From positions 27,032,001-27,096,000 of the forward strand of contig OX597833.1 in the NCBI GenBank assembly GCA_951406725.2: DNA of 64,000 nucleotides. Reading direction: 5' to 3'. Of this stretch, positions 42,280 to 59,704 are shown in pieces; position 1 is the stretch's first letter; every line of letters starts with the position of its first letter. The notes under the pieces are model-generated. The model saw only the letters and a list, made by a program, of their open reading frames with translations. It was not told the origin of the DNA and did not search any database. The stretch is from Octopus vulgaris (lineage: Eukaryota). Both the position numbers and the translations under genes were made by a program.

Positions 42280-43306
42280 AGATTAAGGAAGATTAAGAAC
42301 TAGAATACAGTTAACATCAAGTGGAGAATCTTTGGTGATGGTTAACATCAGAAGAGGCATATTTCAGAGATAGTCTGTAACCTTTACTGTTTGTGATTTG
42401 TATGATACCCCTTACACAGATATTATGGTAAGTGAAATCAGGGTAACATATTGCAATCTTAAATCACCTGTTGTATATGAATGACTTAAAGACGTTCAAT
42501 AAGGGTAAGTATGAAATAAATGTTTCAATAGTGCAAGTATTTAGTACGGATCTGGAGAAAGTATTTGGATTAAGTGTAGTGTGATTATCATAAAAATGGC
42601 AAAGTATTGTCATCTGAAGAACTAAGAATGGATGGCTGTAAAGTGAAAGCAATGCACAGGCAATACCTCAGAGAAATGGAAGAGAAGGACAGGACGAACA
42701 CCAGGAGGTGCCTAAGGAAAGGTCATCTGAAAGGATGCACTGAGGCAGTTTAAGTAGCACTCAGAAATCATCTCTGAGAACTAATCTCATCAAATTTCAG
42801 ATAGATAAGAGTATGAAGCATCAAAAATTAAACAGGCTCATATATTATGAAAGAGTGTAGCGATTTGGTTCAAAAGGGCTATAAAAGGAGGCATGACAAT
42901 ATAGCTAGGTATATTTATTGGAGATTGTGGGAGAAGTAAGGTCTTGAAATGACATTGAAATGGAACGAGCATAAACAAGGTGTCACCGAGAATAATAAGT
43001 TTAAGATCTTGTGGGATGTTACTATCTAGATATTGTTGCAGTTGTTAAACTGATGATGGAAACAAGAATCACAGATATTGCACGAATATAGGCAATGAAA
43101 AAAGTAATAACTATCATCCCAATAATTGTAAGTGCACTGGGAGTATTAATAAAGAAGTTTCAAAAATTTGTTGGAGAAATTACTGGGGTCATCGAGGAGC
43201 ATTGAAGTTGGTACATGGATGTAGACTCTTGAAAATAAGTTATTGTCAGCTCTTACATAAATTAGCCGAACTAAGTGAAATCGAGAGCTCTCAGAAGTGA
43301 AATGAC
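42280..43306 (+). mobile_element. Decayed R4/Dong-clade LINE
   Basis: VNIRRGIFQ, LLFVICMIPL, NHLLYMNDLK, RRHDNIARYIYW, PIIVSALG; ends at (AAT)n. Confidence 0.75.
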
Positions 43307-43526
<220 letters not shown>

Positions 43527-44075
43527 ATTGCCCTGATGCAGTACCAGGCAGTGGCTCTCGTGGCTTCTGATCTTAACTCATTGGAAGTGTTATTATGTAC
43601 ATTGTTTTGTCCTGGTATAAAAGATGGGCTACAGCAAATATTCTGCTCAGTACCACAGATTTGCTTGTCAGTTATTTGACCTTAACCAGTTGAGCATGTC
43701 CCTTAGCGGCTGACGATATGTGCATCTCTGATCATGAGCAGAAGTAGTGGGAGAGCATCATAGCCGCGTGTTGAGACAGGATTCTTTGGGGTTTGAATAA
43801 TTCACCTCTGGAAACATGGGTGTTTCGTTCAACGTCCTTAAACAACCCTTATTCAGGGACCTTTTGAGCGGGATGGGTTACTCAACCAGAAGAAAATTCT
43901 AACTGGGCCCCACCTACAAGGTCATGTGCTGTTTATCTTGATATGAGATCACCATGTCGCGCACATATGGTTGTGATGCATGTGCCTATCAGACAGGTAG
44001 TCATGATGGGTATACTGGGCTTCGTATATTTTACCCCAGTGTCACTTTGATGGCATATGCACTGCTCTCTCACTC

Positions 44076-44076
<1 letters not shown>
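43527..44076 (+). mobile_element. About 550-bp non-coding interspersed repeat ending in (AAT)n
   Basis: Colinear with 45762-46286 and 6122-6240. Confidence 0.85.
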
Positions 44077-44115
<39 letters not shown>

Positions 44116-44189
44116 GTAGCAGTAGTAGCAGCAGCAGCAGCAGTAGTAGCAGTAGGAGGAGAAGGAGGAGGAGGAGGAGGGGGAGGAGA

Positions 44190-44870
44190 AGTAACAATAG
44201 ACCTACCTCAAGAACACCAGAATATATATGACACAGAATTTGAGGTGAACAATAAAGAGAGTATCATAGAAAGAAAAGAAGATATTATGAGAGAACTCAG
44301 CAAGACTGTGTTTACCGACATGATCAATAGAGAACCGCTACCAAAGCTCTCAAACAGCACAAAAAATAACAAATAACAACATAATCATGATGTATAATGT
44401 TGCTCTCAGGCATATCTTAAGAAATAAGGGGAATGACCTAATAACCTTAAATAACTTCATCTTTTCCACTGCTAAAGTTGTAACTGCTCAACTATGTATC
44501 AGGACGACGCGGAAAAGGACCAACCATGTCAATAGACCTCCTCAGTAGAAAGTAGCAATACAAAAAGAGATCGAATCTTTGCGGGTGGGTGTATCAGTTC
44601 TTGATAAACTTGCTAGAGGAGTAAATGTTAAGATGAAACGAGCTAGAAAAATCAAGTGAATCAAAGATTTCATAAACCTCGCTGCAACAATTGAAACAAC
44701 GGATATAACTGAATGCCCAATGGCTTAGAAGGTATGACAAAAGAATCAAATTTAATCGACAAAAGGTATTCACGACGAATGCAAAGAAATTTTATAGGGA
44801 AATTAGCAAAAGTAAGATAGGAAATGGCAGGGGTAGTAGCGAAATATCTTCATGTAATACCAAACAAACA
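44190..44870 (+). mobile_element. Decayed R4/Dong 5' region
   Basis: INREPLPKL, WLRRYDKRIKFNRQ, NAKKFYREI-type motifs found upstream of R4-clade RT. Confidence 0.55.
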
Positions 44871-44871
44871 T

Positions 44872-45010
44872 TTAAATGCATAATTTTTTTCTAACGCTAT
44901 GAGCAGCACTTGTCAGCACAATCTTTTGGATTTCTCTGAGACGTGGTTCTTCAGGGATCTTATGTAAATGTTTTTGACATCCATTTTTCATCATACCTTT
45001 TTTATCATTA
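44872..45010 (-). mobile_element. R4/Dong 3' fragment, antisense
   Basis: KHLHKIPEEPRLREIQKIVLTSAAHSVRKKLCI* parallels IPGNPKMAEIQKIVLMGTAHILRKILSM*. Confidence 0.75.
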
Positions 45011-45149
45011 CTTCTATGTAGGTGCAGACGATCAACGTAAATATTGACGCAATGCCGCAAAGCATAAAACGACCTCTGCGAGATCTGAACTCGTGTGAAC
45101 TTATATTTTGTCCCACGCGTTAACGATAATATTAATTACAATCTGATAC

Positions 45150-45700
45150 AGACAACGATTCGTAAACCTCAATCAAAGAGCAAACAGAGAATGTGTAGGA
45201 AAAGTGGATGAATATATTAACCAACTATCAGCCAGTGAGTTTCAGTAAGCTCAGGCAAAACAAACAGACAAATTGTACATTTCACAAAGTTCGTCTCTGT
45301 CACTAAAACTATGCGTTGGTAAATTAGCCTTGTTTGTAGATATGAAGTGACGGACAAGTCGTATGAACACGAGCCAGAGATGCTGCCATGGTGATTGATA
45401 ATGACGACATTTTATGGGAGTTTTCCTCAGAGACTAAACATATTATTGAAATAAGTATACTAGATATGATTGTAGATGATACATGGTACAAAATCTGTAT
45501 GGTCTTGTTTTCGTAATCGTCTATGTTAGTGGAGGGGGTATGAAAGAAAATGGAGAAGATTGGGAAAAACCAGCATCTAACAAGAGGAATAGAGGGATTG
45601 TGGAATAAAACGTTCAACCGGCAACGTAAGAGACTAACAGATTTGTCAATAACAACCTGCATCGAGGACTTGCAGAATCATAACACAATCTTGAGATCTG
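45150..45700 (+). mobile_element. Decayed R4/Dong endonuclease region
   Basis: YEHEPE, ILWEF, EKIGKNQHLTRGIEGLWN resemble the RLE domain layout. Confidence 0.5.
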
Positions 45701-45761
45701 ACAACAATAACAACAGCAATGATGATGATGATGATGATCATCATCATCATCATCATCATCA

Positions 45762-46286
45762 TTATGCAGAAACAGGCAATGGCTCTCATAGTAAAGTGTT
45801 ATCATATACATTGTTTTGTGTTGGTATAAAAGGATGGGCTACAGCAAATATTCTGCTCAATACCACAAATTTGCTTGTCAGTTGCCTGGCCTTAACCAGT
45901 TGAGCATGTTCCTTAGTGGCTGATGATATGTGCATCTCTGATCACAAGCAGAAGTATTGGGAAACATTATAGCCATGTATTGAGAGAAATTCTTTGGGGT
46001 TTGAATAATTCACACCTGGAAACAGGGGTGTTTCGTTCATCAATCTTAAACAAGCCTTATTCAGGAACCTTTTGAGCAGAATGGGCTACTCGACCTGAAG
46101 AAAATATTAACTAGGACCCACCTGCAAGGTCAATCGGTGTTTATTTTGATATGAGATCACCATATCACGCACATATGGTTTTGAGGCACGTGCCTGGTGT
46201 GCCTGGATAGTCATGATGGGAATTTTGAGCTTCATATATTGGTATTCCAGTGTCACTTTGATTGTATGTGCTGGTTTCTCACACAA
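45762..46286 (+). mobile_element. Second copy of the ~550-bp (AAT)n-associated repeat
   Basis: Colinear with 43527-44076. Confidence 0.85.
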
Positions 46287-46292
46287 TAATAC

Positions 46293-46327
<35 letters not shown>

Positions 46328-46332
46328 GTAAT

Positions 46333-46401
<69 letters not shown>

Positions 46402-46402
46402 C

Positions 46403-47065
46403 AGTTTTATATGGACGATCTGAAGCTATTTGCTAGAAATGACCAAGAGCTAGCAGGGCGGCTAACAACAGTTAAAAAAGATTAGCAATGACATCGAGAT
46501 GGATTTTTGGCCTCAATAAGTGTGCTAAAGCAACTTTTGTTAGAGTCAAGCCCATACAAACAGCTTCCATCGAGCGGTACGTACATTAAACCTACAACAA
46601 AAAATGTACGAAAAACTACACGTGCGAAATAATGTGACAACAGAAATAAACGGACCGGTACCCTACGAAAATGACGACCGTCAAAATAATGGGCCGGACG
46701 TTGTACCTCATGTCCCGCAATTAAAACCCAAAAGACGTAAATGGACACGTGAGGAATACATTTCTATCTTACACGCATACTTCACAGCAATGCTCTACCC
46801 ACAAAATGAAAATACAACAACACATACATATAAAATATGGAAGGAAAATAATAGAGATATAGACTTGGATACAGCAATGAACCCTAATAAATTACAAACA
46901 CATATAACATACAGAAAATTGCACTACTAGGCACTGCACACATCCTACGCAGAACACTTTCCATACAATAACCATCAGAGCATCACAACAAATCACAGCA
47001 CATACCCAAGGCACACAGAGCTGCGCTCGGTAGTGAAGTGAAAGCACGCTATAAAAATAAAACTA

Positions 47066-47068
<3 letters not shown>
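46403..47068 (+). mobile_element. R4/Dong fragments: short RT piece, then 5' ORF fused directly to the 3' end
   Basis: FYMDDLKLFARN (46405); KRRKWTREEYISILHAYF...NPNKL joined near 46893 to IQKIALLGTAHILR plus 3' UTR plus (AAT)n. Confidence 0.82.
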
Positions 47069-47106
<38 letters not shown>

Positions 47107-47119
47107 TAATAATAATAGA

Positions 47120-47200
<81 letters not shown>

Positions 47201-47362
47201 TGAACAGATGGATAGCGAAAATAAACGTAAAACCTAGTTTAGTGTAGCTCTAGAAAATAGTATTATTAGGATACTTAGGAAAGTTTTTGGAATCAAAGAT
47301 TATGTATTGTAGCCTGATATTATGAAATTTCCCTAACAGTCTAATTTGTGGTGCGTAAATGA

Positions 47363-47433
<71 letters not shown>

Positions 47434-47516
47434 TAATAATGTTTCTTGAAACTGCGAAAATATTTCTTCGTATAACGTTTCGCAAAAGGGCTTAATAAAA
47501 TAAATTTCAAATTTCA

Positions 47517-47924
47517 GGCGTAGGAGTGGCTGTATGGTAAGTAGCTTGCTTACCAACCACATGGTTCTGGATTCAGACCCACTACGTGGCACTTTGGGCA
47601 ATATTCTTCTACAATAGCCTTGGGCAGACTAAAGCCCTGTGAGTGGATTTGATAGACGGAAACTGAAAGAAGCCCATCGTATATATGTATATATATATAT
47701 GTATGTGTGTATACATGTTTGTGTCTGTGTTTGTCCCCCCAACATCGCTTGACAACCGATACTGGTGTGTTTACGTCCCCTTAACTTTGTGGTTCAGCAA
47801 AAGGGAACGATAGAATAAGAACTAAGCTTACAAAGAATAAGTCCTAGGGTCGACTTGCTCGACTAAAGGCAGTGCTCCAACATGGCCACATTCAAATGAC
47901 TGAAACAAGTATAAGAGTAAAAGA
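47517..47924 (+). mobile_element. SINE family A, full length
   Basis: GGCGTAGGAGTGGCTGTATGGTAAGTAGCTTGC head through ATGACTGAAACAAGTATAAGAGTAAAAG tail. Confidence 0.92.
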
Positions 47925-48489
47925 CACAGTAAATGATATATTTAAGAAGTTGAAGGATAAAAGGTGTGGGCGTACATGAAAAAAATATAAACATACATAC
48001 TCTACATGGTTAAGCACTGTAAGGCCCACGAGATAGAGAGTTTCTTGTTTTTAACGGTTCTTCAACAAACATTACAGACACATACACTCATAGCTCACGG
48101 CATTCTGTACAATATTCTCGCCATCGGTTGAGATGCCCGAGTAAACGACTCTCTCTTTCTCCTTCTCCCTCTCTCTCTGTCTTTCCCCCCTCTCTCTCAC
48201 TCTTTCTCTCTATCTCTCTCCCCTAGCTATTTGGCTATATGATACTAAATTACACCGTTACTAAAAGATGTTTATGGAGTTTGGTTTCTGTCAAAGGAAG
48301 GTATTTTATAGATTTAGCGCAAACGAACACATACAAGAACTGACTTATCTACAACCTGTCTTATGCACATGGCGATGCCGTTGCGGAGGACTTCTGCACC
48401 GCATCTTTTCTGTGATTGATCCCATTGAATCAGACCTTGAGGAAACGTCTCAATTACCTATCTATCTATCCATCCATCTATTCATCTCC

Positions 48490-48492
<3 letters not shown>

Positions 48493-48587
<95 letters not shown>

Positions 48588-48615
48588 TTGTGTGTGTGTG
48601 CGTGCGTGTGTGTGC
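48493..48615. repeat. (GT)n microsatellite, facing (CA)n at 48720-48780
   Basis: Direct reading. Confidence 0.96.
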
Positions 48616-48731
48616 GCACGTGATTTTTACATTTAATCGGCAGAAGTTACAGATTCTTATGCTAGCCGCCGACACACGAAACGCTCGGTCCTTGAACACT
48701 ACAACTTCTGCAAATTAATAACACACACACA

Positions 48732-48785
<54 letters not shown>

Positions 48786-48864
48786 ACACGCACACTCATA
48801 CATAGATACACATACAATTATGTTTTAAGTTTTGTTTTACTGTTTGCATTAACAAAATTACATT

Positions 48865-48936
<72 letters not shown>

Positions 48937-48981
48937 TTTATATACTTAAATATGCATACACATACATATATACGCATATAT

Positions 48982-49170
48982 ATAGGGAAAATTCATAAAA
49001 AAAGAACAAAAGATGAAGACGGGTGGTGTAGACAACAAACAGATGTATTAGTATAACGCTCGGGAAGTGAAAAAGTCTTTAACGTTTCGAGCCTACGCTC
49101 TTCCACAGAAAGGAACACAGAAAGAAACAAGGAGAGAAAATAAAAAAACGTGTAGTGGCAAGCGATCTAT
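48982..49170 (-). mobile_element. Penelope-like terminal remnant with degenerate hammerhead
   Basis: Minus strand CTTT-CTGTGGA-AGAGC-GTAG-GCTC-GAAACGTT-AAAG; homologous to 16400-16580; ends at (TA)n. Confidence 0.65.
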
Positions 49171-49772
49171 GTCCATACAATATATTTATACACAAATATA
49201 TGTATGCACATATCTATATGTATATAAATATATATGTGTATATATGTCGTGGGGTGCTATGTTAAACTCCCGTTCATACATACATATGTGGTACGTCTGT
49301 GTCTGTGTGTGTGGCGGGGTATATAAACAATTCTCACACATCAAAAATATATTGAATACAATTAAGTAGACTATTGCAATTATTTTATAATACAAAACTT
49401 TGTTAGTGACTTCGAAGTTTGATTTCACCAGACACTCTGAAGAATACGCGAGCACACACACACACGTATACACACAGACACACACACAAACGCACACGCA
49501 TAGCCGATAAAAGTACACATCGTATAGTAAACCGATAAACCGGTGCATTTATATAAAAAAGAAGTTATTATGAAGCTTTTTTCATATGATGTACCCATGT
49601 ACTTCCTTGTAGCACTCAATATCGGAAATATATCAAAGCAATGATTGGCCTGGTTGGGAACCTATTATAATAGACGATGTGCAATGTACATAGCTACAAT
49701 TATGAAACCTAACCAAAGCATTGGACAACGATAAAGTTTTCAGGTTTTGCAATCCCGATATATATATATATA

Positions 49773-49830
<58 letters not shown>

Positions 49831-49841
49831 TGTGTGTATAC

Positions 49842-49887
<46 letters not shown>

Positions 49888-50026
49888 GTATATACTTACA
49901 GATAGATAGATAGACAGACAGACAGGCAGACATGTAGATAGACAGATGGTTAAATAGATATACATGCACAGATAAAAATGCATGTGTATACGCATGTTCC
50001 TTCATATGCGTGTTTGTCTGTGTGTG

Positions 50027-50087
<61 letters not shown>

Positions 50088-50118
50088 ATGTATATATATA
50101 TATATGAGTGTGTGTGTA

Positions 50119-50672
<554 letters not shown>

Positions 50673-51961
50673 CGTTTATTACAAGGCTTATGCATTTATA
50701 TATATATTCTTAATATACATATATATGAATATATATACATACATAAGCAAGTATGCGTGTGTTTGTCTGTGTTTGTGTGTGTGTGTGTGTGTGCAAATAT
50801 ATGTCATCCATATTACGTATATTCGTGGTGGCGAGTCTACGTATGAGAATGTGATAAAAGTTTTGTACAAAAGAGGATCATAACTATATTGATATAAGAT
50901 TAAAAATACAAGCACCACTTTTCTACACATACATGCATGCATACATACATACATACATACATACATACATACATACATACATACATACATCCGCGCACAT
51001 GTACATATATTCAAATTTACATACACACACACACACATATATATTTTTAATAAAATAAAACAACAAAGCCAGGGCAGTGTGAAATTTCTAGGATATATAT
51101 ATATATTGTATTACATTACATATAACATAGCTGTACTTACCATCTACGAAGAAAGATGCGTCTTTCACTTGGATTCGAACCCGAATCATCAGTCGGTGCT
51201 CCGTGTATATTGTATTTACTCATTTTTTTAAAGGGTATCTCTGCATATAAACCACTGTGATGATAAAAGTATGTATTTATTTACGTGTATTTTGTGCGTG
51301 TCGGTGTATGTCAAGGCGTATATTGGTGTATCTATGTAGGCATATATATAAATACATGTAAATATATATATATATATATGGATGTATAGATATATATGTA
51401 TATATATATGAGTATCGGTCAAGAACTTGCCTTATCGTGCGTATATGTCTTTTAGTTTTGATGCAAATATATGTGTATGTGTGTGTTGTATGGGCATACA
51501 CTTATGTATATATGTTTTGTTTAGGTGTCTGTATATATACTTTTCAGTGTGTATGTCTGCTCCGAAACAGAAAAGTGCTTCGTATGTTATCTATACGCAC
51601 ACTTTCTCTTCCTCTCTATCCTTTTCTCTCTCCTTCATTCTACTCTTTCTTCCTCACTCTTTCTTTCACTCTCTCACAAGCTTACACTCTTTGATTCCTC
51701 CTCCCCATTATTTTAATTCTCCTACTATATCTTTGATTTTCTTTTATTTTTTGTACTTCTTTATTACCAGAATGGTATTCGCGCGCACGCGACCACACAT
51801 ACACATTCACACACACACACACACACACACACGCATACATACACACACACACAGCACACACAAGTGCGTACGCACACAAACAATGAGTAAGAACGTATAA
51901 TTGTATATGTAGGTGTGGGTGCGTATATATGTATGTATGTGTACATATATATGTATGTATG

Positions 51962-52010
<49 letters not shown>

Positions 52011-55000
52011 TGTGTGGGTGGGTGTTAACTTTCTGGGTTTTGGGTGCGCGTAAGTATGGATTTAGCGTATCTTTCTATATATTTCGGTAAATATATGCTA
52101 CTTCCTTGTCTCAGTGATTCTATAAATTAATCTAAGCCGTAATTAACATACTGGATCTCTACCTCACAACCCACATATCTATATACCTGGCATCTTTTGT
52201 CAATCTATCTGCATATATTTATATGTCTTTACGAAATACTCTAACTGCCTACATCAAATTATACACCTCTTTATATTAGCATCTGTGAATGCTTGTGTTT
52301 GTATGTATACTTGTTGTTTGTATTACTTTGTCTAACGCATCTCTGAGTGATCGCTTATATTTGTATGTCTGCCTATAGATTTTGGTATATTAGTTTCACT
52401 TTCTCATGGGTATCGTTGGCCTGTATCAATATCTACTTGACGGTATCTCTCTATTTACCTATCAATCTATATGTGCGTGTAATATCTATTTCATAATACA
52501 TACCGTATATAAATAATGTATGCATATATATATATATTAACTAAATAACCATTATTTATCTGTATGTCTATCTGTCTATCTAGATATCTATGTTCGTGTA
52601 GTTAACTAGGCTTCCTTCTACAAAATCAATACGTAAAATAATCCAATTTGCCGCTTCTCAGTCTTTCTATCCCTGTATTCCGCTATTAATACTGAAATTG
52701 TTACTGTCAATGCTGCTGCTGCTGCTGCTGCCGCTGCCGCTGCTACTATTTCTACGTGTGATGCAGCCACAACTGCTGCTGGTTCTGATTATATTATGAT
52801 TACTAATAACTTAATCAAACAACTTTCATTGCCATTCCTACACACTCGTCGTGACAGAACCGCAGTAAGAACTCTGCATTGCAAACTATGCAGATATACA
52901 TTCGTATATATACATAAATGCACCCATGCATGCATTAAGGCGAGCATTTATTTCACGCATACATTTATAGATACGTACATAGGCTTAGATATACATACAT
53001 TTGGAATGTATATAAGTACCATATATATATATATATATATGTATATATATTATCAGTGGATTATATATCCGATATAAATCTATATATATATATAAACATA
53101 CAAACATAATACATACATATACACTTACATATTCACATATACATATATACGTACATACACATACATGTAGATACATTCATATATATCTATATGCATACAA
53201 ACCGCACACACATGCACATGTATTCTATTTATATATATCCAGAGATGAAAACTCTGAGTGTTTTTATATATGCAACATATGACGGCTAAAAAAAAGTATA
53301 AAGTATGAAGTTTAAGAGAAAGCTGACATGATGGAGCGCATCGTAATTATTAAGATTAAGCTTACTTGGAAATGGATGCGTAGCGTTCGATCATATAATA
53401 ATATAAATGATATATAAATATATGCATATATACATACATATATGTACATACCTACACATATGGGTACAGAACATCAAAAAAAAAAACGAGACAGAATGAG
53501 AAACGAGAACATTAAAAACAAAAACATTGAAAACGATGCTCACTCTTCTATCTCAACTATCTTTTCTCTATCTATCGATCTCCCTCTCTTGTTCTTCATC
53601 ATTTCTGGTTTTCTCTTCCAACCTTCCCTGTTCTTCACCATTCCCCTTCTCTCTCTCTCTTTCTCTCACTCTTCCCCCTTGACTCTCTCGTCGCTGACAC
53701 GTGACGAAAGGAAATCTATCATCCCGCCCATTTCCCTCCTAAAGACAAGACATGCTTATACCTGTCTCCTTGTCATAAGCTCGTCGTCCTAGAGTTCAAA
53801 ATATTTTTTTTATCGTCTTGGCTTAACAGCCCTCGCCGTTTCTTTATACTGTCTCACTGTCCTGTTCTTGTTACCACTTTCACCTTCCGCAAAAAATCCC
53901 AAATTTTATTTAATTTGTATTACGGGAAAGACTGTTTCAACGAAGTCGCGTCTTGTCCTTATCTTCGTAACGTGGATTAGTTGAAACAGGGACAACTGAT
54001 GAAGAGGAATATTCTTTATGTTGCATCTCTCGTTTCTCTGTTTGTTTTTTTTCGTTGTTAGAAAAAAGTTCGTTTTCTATGTTTTTGTTTTTATGTTTTC
54101 GTTTCGCATTGTGTTCAACGTTTTTTTATGTCCTGTACCCATATATGCATGTATATATACATATATGTTGGTATGTACATATGTGTATGTATATATGCAT
54201 ATATTTATATAATATTTATATTATTATATGATCGAACACCACGCATCCTTTTCCAAGTAAGTTTATATATATATATATATATAGATATAGAGAGAGAGAG
54301 AGAAGGGGAGAGAGTGAGAGAGAGGTAATGCACGCATGCGCGCGCGTTTGTGTGTGTATGTGTGTGTATGTGTGTGTGTGTGTGTGTCTATTACATATAT
54401 TTGCAGCCCCTGGATCGGTGACTTGTGATTGATGAGCATTGTAGACGTTGCTCATGCCGTTGACGTTTTAAATTGCAGTATTAGCTTTAAAGTGTTTGAA
54501 GATTACAGGTTTATGTCGGAAAATGTCTATGGAATTTATCAAGAGCTAGTAAAAAGTATTTTACTTGGTTATGTTCACTAGTAAGACAGTTCAGAATGCA
54601 TTGAAAGCTATATAATGTGTAGAGTAAGCTCAAACGGTACAGAAGCAATAAACGGCTTGTAGTTTTAAGTAGACAACTGCTAAGGACAATAGACTACAAC
54701 TCAGTTTTCTTCTTAAGGGATACATTTAGCAGTTGATATATGAGCACTTTCTCAGCGTTTCAAAAGCGATTGCTGGGTGATCCGGTTGAATAGCATTGAA
54801 GAGAGCTATCCAGACTATACCGAGTGGACTAATTCCCTGGTCCAGTAGTTTCCAAATGAATGTCAAACTAGAAGAGGTAAACAACTTGTGGAAACCGTCT
54901 GTCAGTCTCTCGCAACTGATCCTGCCACTGATCACTTGAAACCCAGCCCAGTAGCATTCAGTGATCAATAGCATCCAATCGCTGCTAGTAGCTAACACCA

Positions 55001-55362
55001 GTCGACAGCTACCCACTGTAATCTGAACCAGCTTATGAAAACGAGCCTTAAACATCATTCAATGACAATCAGCCTTGCCAAAAATCTGAGCCAGCCTTGA
55101 TATTCAGAAGCAGATATTTGAACGGTCAGATTATTTTCCTGACTTCAAATTCGACCGGTTTGTGTGTGAATTAAAATACGCACGCACGCACGCTCGCACA
55201 TACGCATTATACAATATATATATATATATATACTTTATTTAAAGCAGCAGAAAATTCAACAAAACCTGTTACTCTGAGTTTCCCGTTGCCGTTCATCCCT
55301 TTTTCCACCTTGTTTCACATTTATGTGTTTACTCCAGTATATATATATATATTAATATATAT

Positions 55363-57441
<2,079 letters not shown>

Positions 57442-57473
57442 TGTGTGTGAGTATATATATATATATATATGTA

Positions 57474-58258
57474 CTAGCTGTTGGACCCGGCGTTGCTGAT
57501 GTTTTCCGTGTTGAAGTTAAGCCCACTTCTGACCTCGTATTGAAATCTTCGACGTTCCCTGTGCCAACTATTATCCAATAAAATGTTATATCTGGTTCGG
57601 CAGGGATTTTACACGGTTAACATTTTCGACATACTCCTACATACTAGACCATCTGAAATCGCAGTCAAACTTTTGAGTGTAACTCGACCCGTTGAGAGTG
57701 ATGTTTGTTTATTTCTCTCCCTTAATGCCACCCTCTGTACAAAATTGATCAACGTGTCCAATCTCAGCAAAATCCGAAGAAAAGTGCTATGATTATGCCA
57801 TAAAATAGAATCTATGTGACCATTTACATGAAAATATAAAATTTACGGCCAAAGATAGAATCCCAAAGGCTATTTGGACGCAAAAAGCACATTGATTTTA
57901 TAAAACTACTGTTCTGGCGCAATTATCGATTTTTTTTTCAACGTCATATACTGATATCAACTCACTGACACAAACCTCGCTTACTCATCGATTTTCATCA
58001 AAATCGGACAAAAAATGCAAAAGCTGCAGGAAAAATAACAACATTATCGGAATTTCCATTCAATAGACCTGATTGAGCTCACAAAAATCGATGCCAACTA
58101 AGTATTATCGAGTTTTCGAAAATTCCGGCCTTATTTGACCTTCAGGGCATGTGATCTACTTATGTGCCAAAAATAATTAAAATCGGTTGGACAGTGTGGG
58201 AGGAGTTAGAGTAACCCCAAATACACAGACAGACAGACACCATTACACATTTATGTAT

Positions 58259-58260
<2 letters not shown>
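57474..58260 (-). mobile_element. Non-autonomous Helitron-like element
   Basis: Minus-strand 3' end GCAACGCCGGGTCCAACAG-CTAG|T; repeated AAAATCGG motifs and an (ACAG)n stretch near the other end. Confidence 0.6.
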
Positions 58261-58294
<34 letters not shown>

Positions 58295-58542
58295 ACACAC
58301 ATATATATATATATATAACACTAAGATGCAGGATAATAGGCGGTAATAGTAGATCATCCGTCACCCTCGTGTTATACTATCCTTATTTTGATATTATTTA
58401 AAGAGGAGTTCTGCATGTGTACCTAGATTGGGATATACCCCACTGTAGCAGATTACGAGGTTTTCACCAGAATTATCCTAAACTACAGATAGATTGGCAT
58501 GTCAACTTAATTGTGTTTATATGTCTGCATGTATGTATGTAT

Positions 58543-58649
<107 letters not shown>

Positions 58650-59489
58650 TCCGTTATATGCTATAGAATCAGTATTAAATAATTGTAGCTATATATGTTT
58701 CATTCTTAACGTAAATACATTATCAAAAGGTGTGTTATGGACGTACTATGTTCCAATATGTGTGTGCATGCGTGTATGTGTGTGTGTGAATGTGTGTTGC
58801 ATAAATATATAAAGTATAGTATATAGTATATATGCATATGCCTATATTTATAGATAATGTCAAATAATACAATGAATAGGAAATGCAAGGTAATACAGAC
58901 ATCGTAGTAATTTAGCAGTCATTGGACTACAGGAAAAAAGCTGCTAAACCCCACATTCTATGAAATAGAGGAAGAACATTTTGCATAATCGTACTTTTTA
59001 TATCTGGAACGCATCATGCTAACACTTTTGATAATTCTCTTCTACAAAGTGGTCAAGCAAGAGCTAATTTATTGAGGAACATTTAAGTACACCTAAATGT
59101 AACTAATTATTAACTTCCCAAAACATAATCCGTCCGAAAGCGTCTGTATTTTATGACAGGAAATTAAATAACACACTGCAAATTTTGCAAACAAGCAGCA
59201 GTCGTGTGCGTCAATAAACTGGATGGCAAATCAGTAATAAACAACTTTAAATAAGAATGTTTATTGTGATAAAGATGATCTTGTAAGTTTAGAGAAATAA
59301 TAACAGAAAGAAATATGCATTTATAATACAATTTAAAACCTATGTTAACATTTGCTTAACTTGGAAATGCAGAGGAGGAAAGAGATTCCCGCGTTTGTTT
59401 ACTATAGGCGAAATTCTACCGTCTGTTGATTTAAAAATTACACAAGCCAATGAACTTAGCTTTTCCAAACGCATGTATAAATATCATAA

Positions 59490-59704
59490 TCCTTTCTACT
59501 ATAGGAACAAGGAGCGAAATATGTGAGAGGAGACTAATCGATTACATTGACCCCCAGTGTTTTACTGGTAGTTAATTTATCAACCCGGAAAGGATGAAAG
59601 GCAAAGTCGACCTCGGCGGAATTTGAACTCAGAACGTAACGGTAGGCGAAATACCGCAAAGCATTTCGCCTGACGAGCTAACGTTTCTGCCAGCTCGCCG
59701 CCTT
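59490..59704 (-). mobile_element. SINE family B, full length
   Basis: GGCGGCGAGCTGGCAGAAACGTTAGC...GAGTTCAAATTCCGCCGAGGTCGACTTTGCCTTTCATCC. Confidence 0.9.

Noticed and set aside
51140-51205. Minus-strand CTGATGA...GAAA as a hammerhead, or GGTTCGAATCC as a tRNA gene
   Set aside because: No stem I complementarity around a cleavage triplet and no complete cloverleaf; likely a B-box remnant in a repeat
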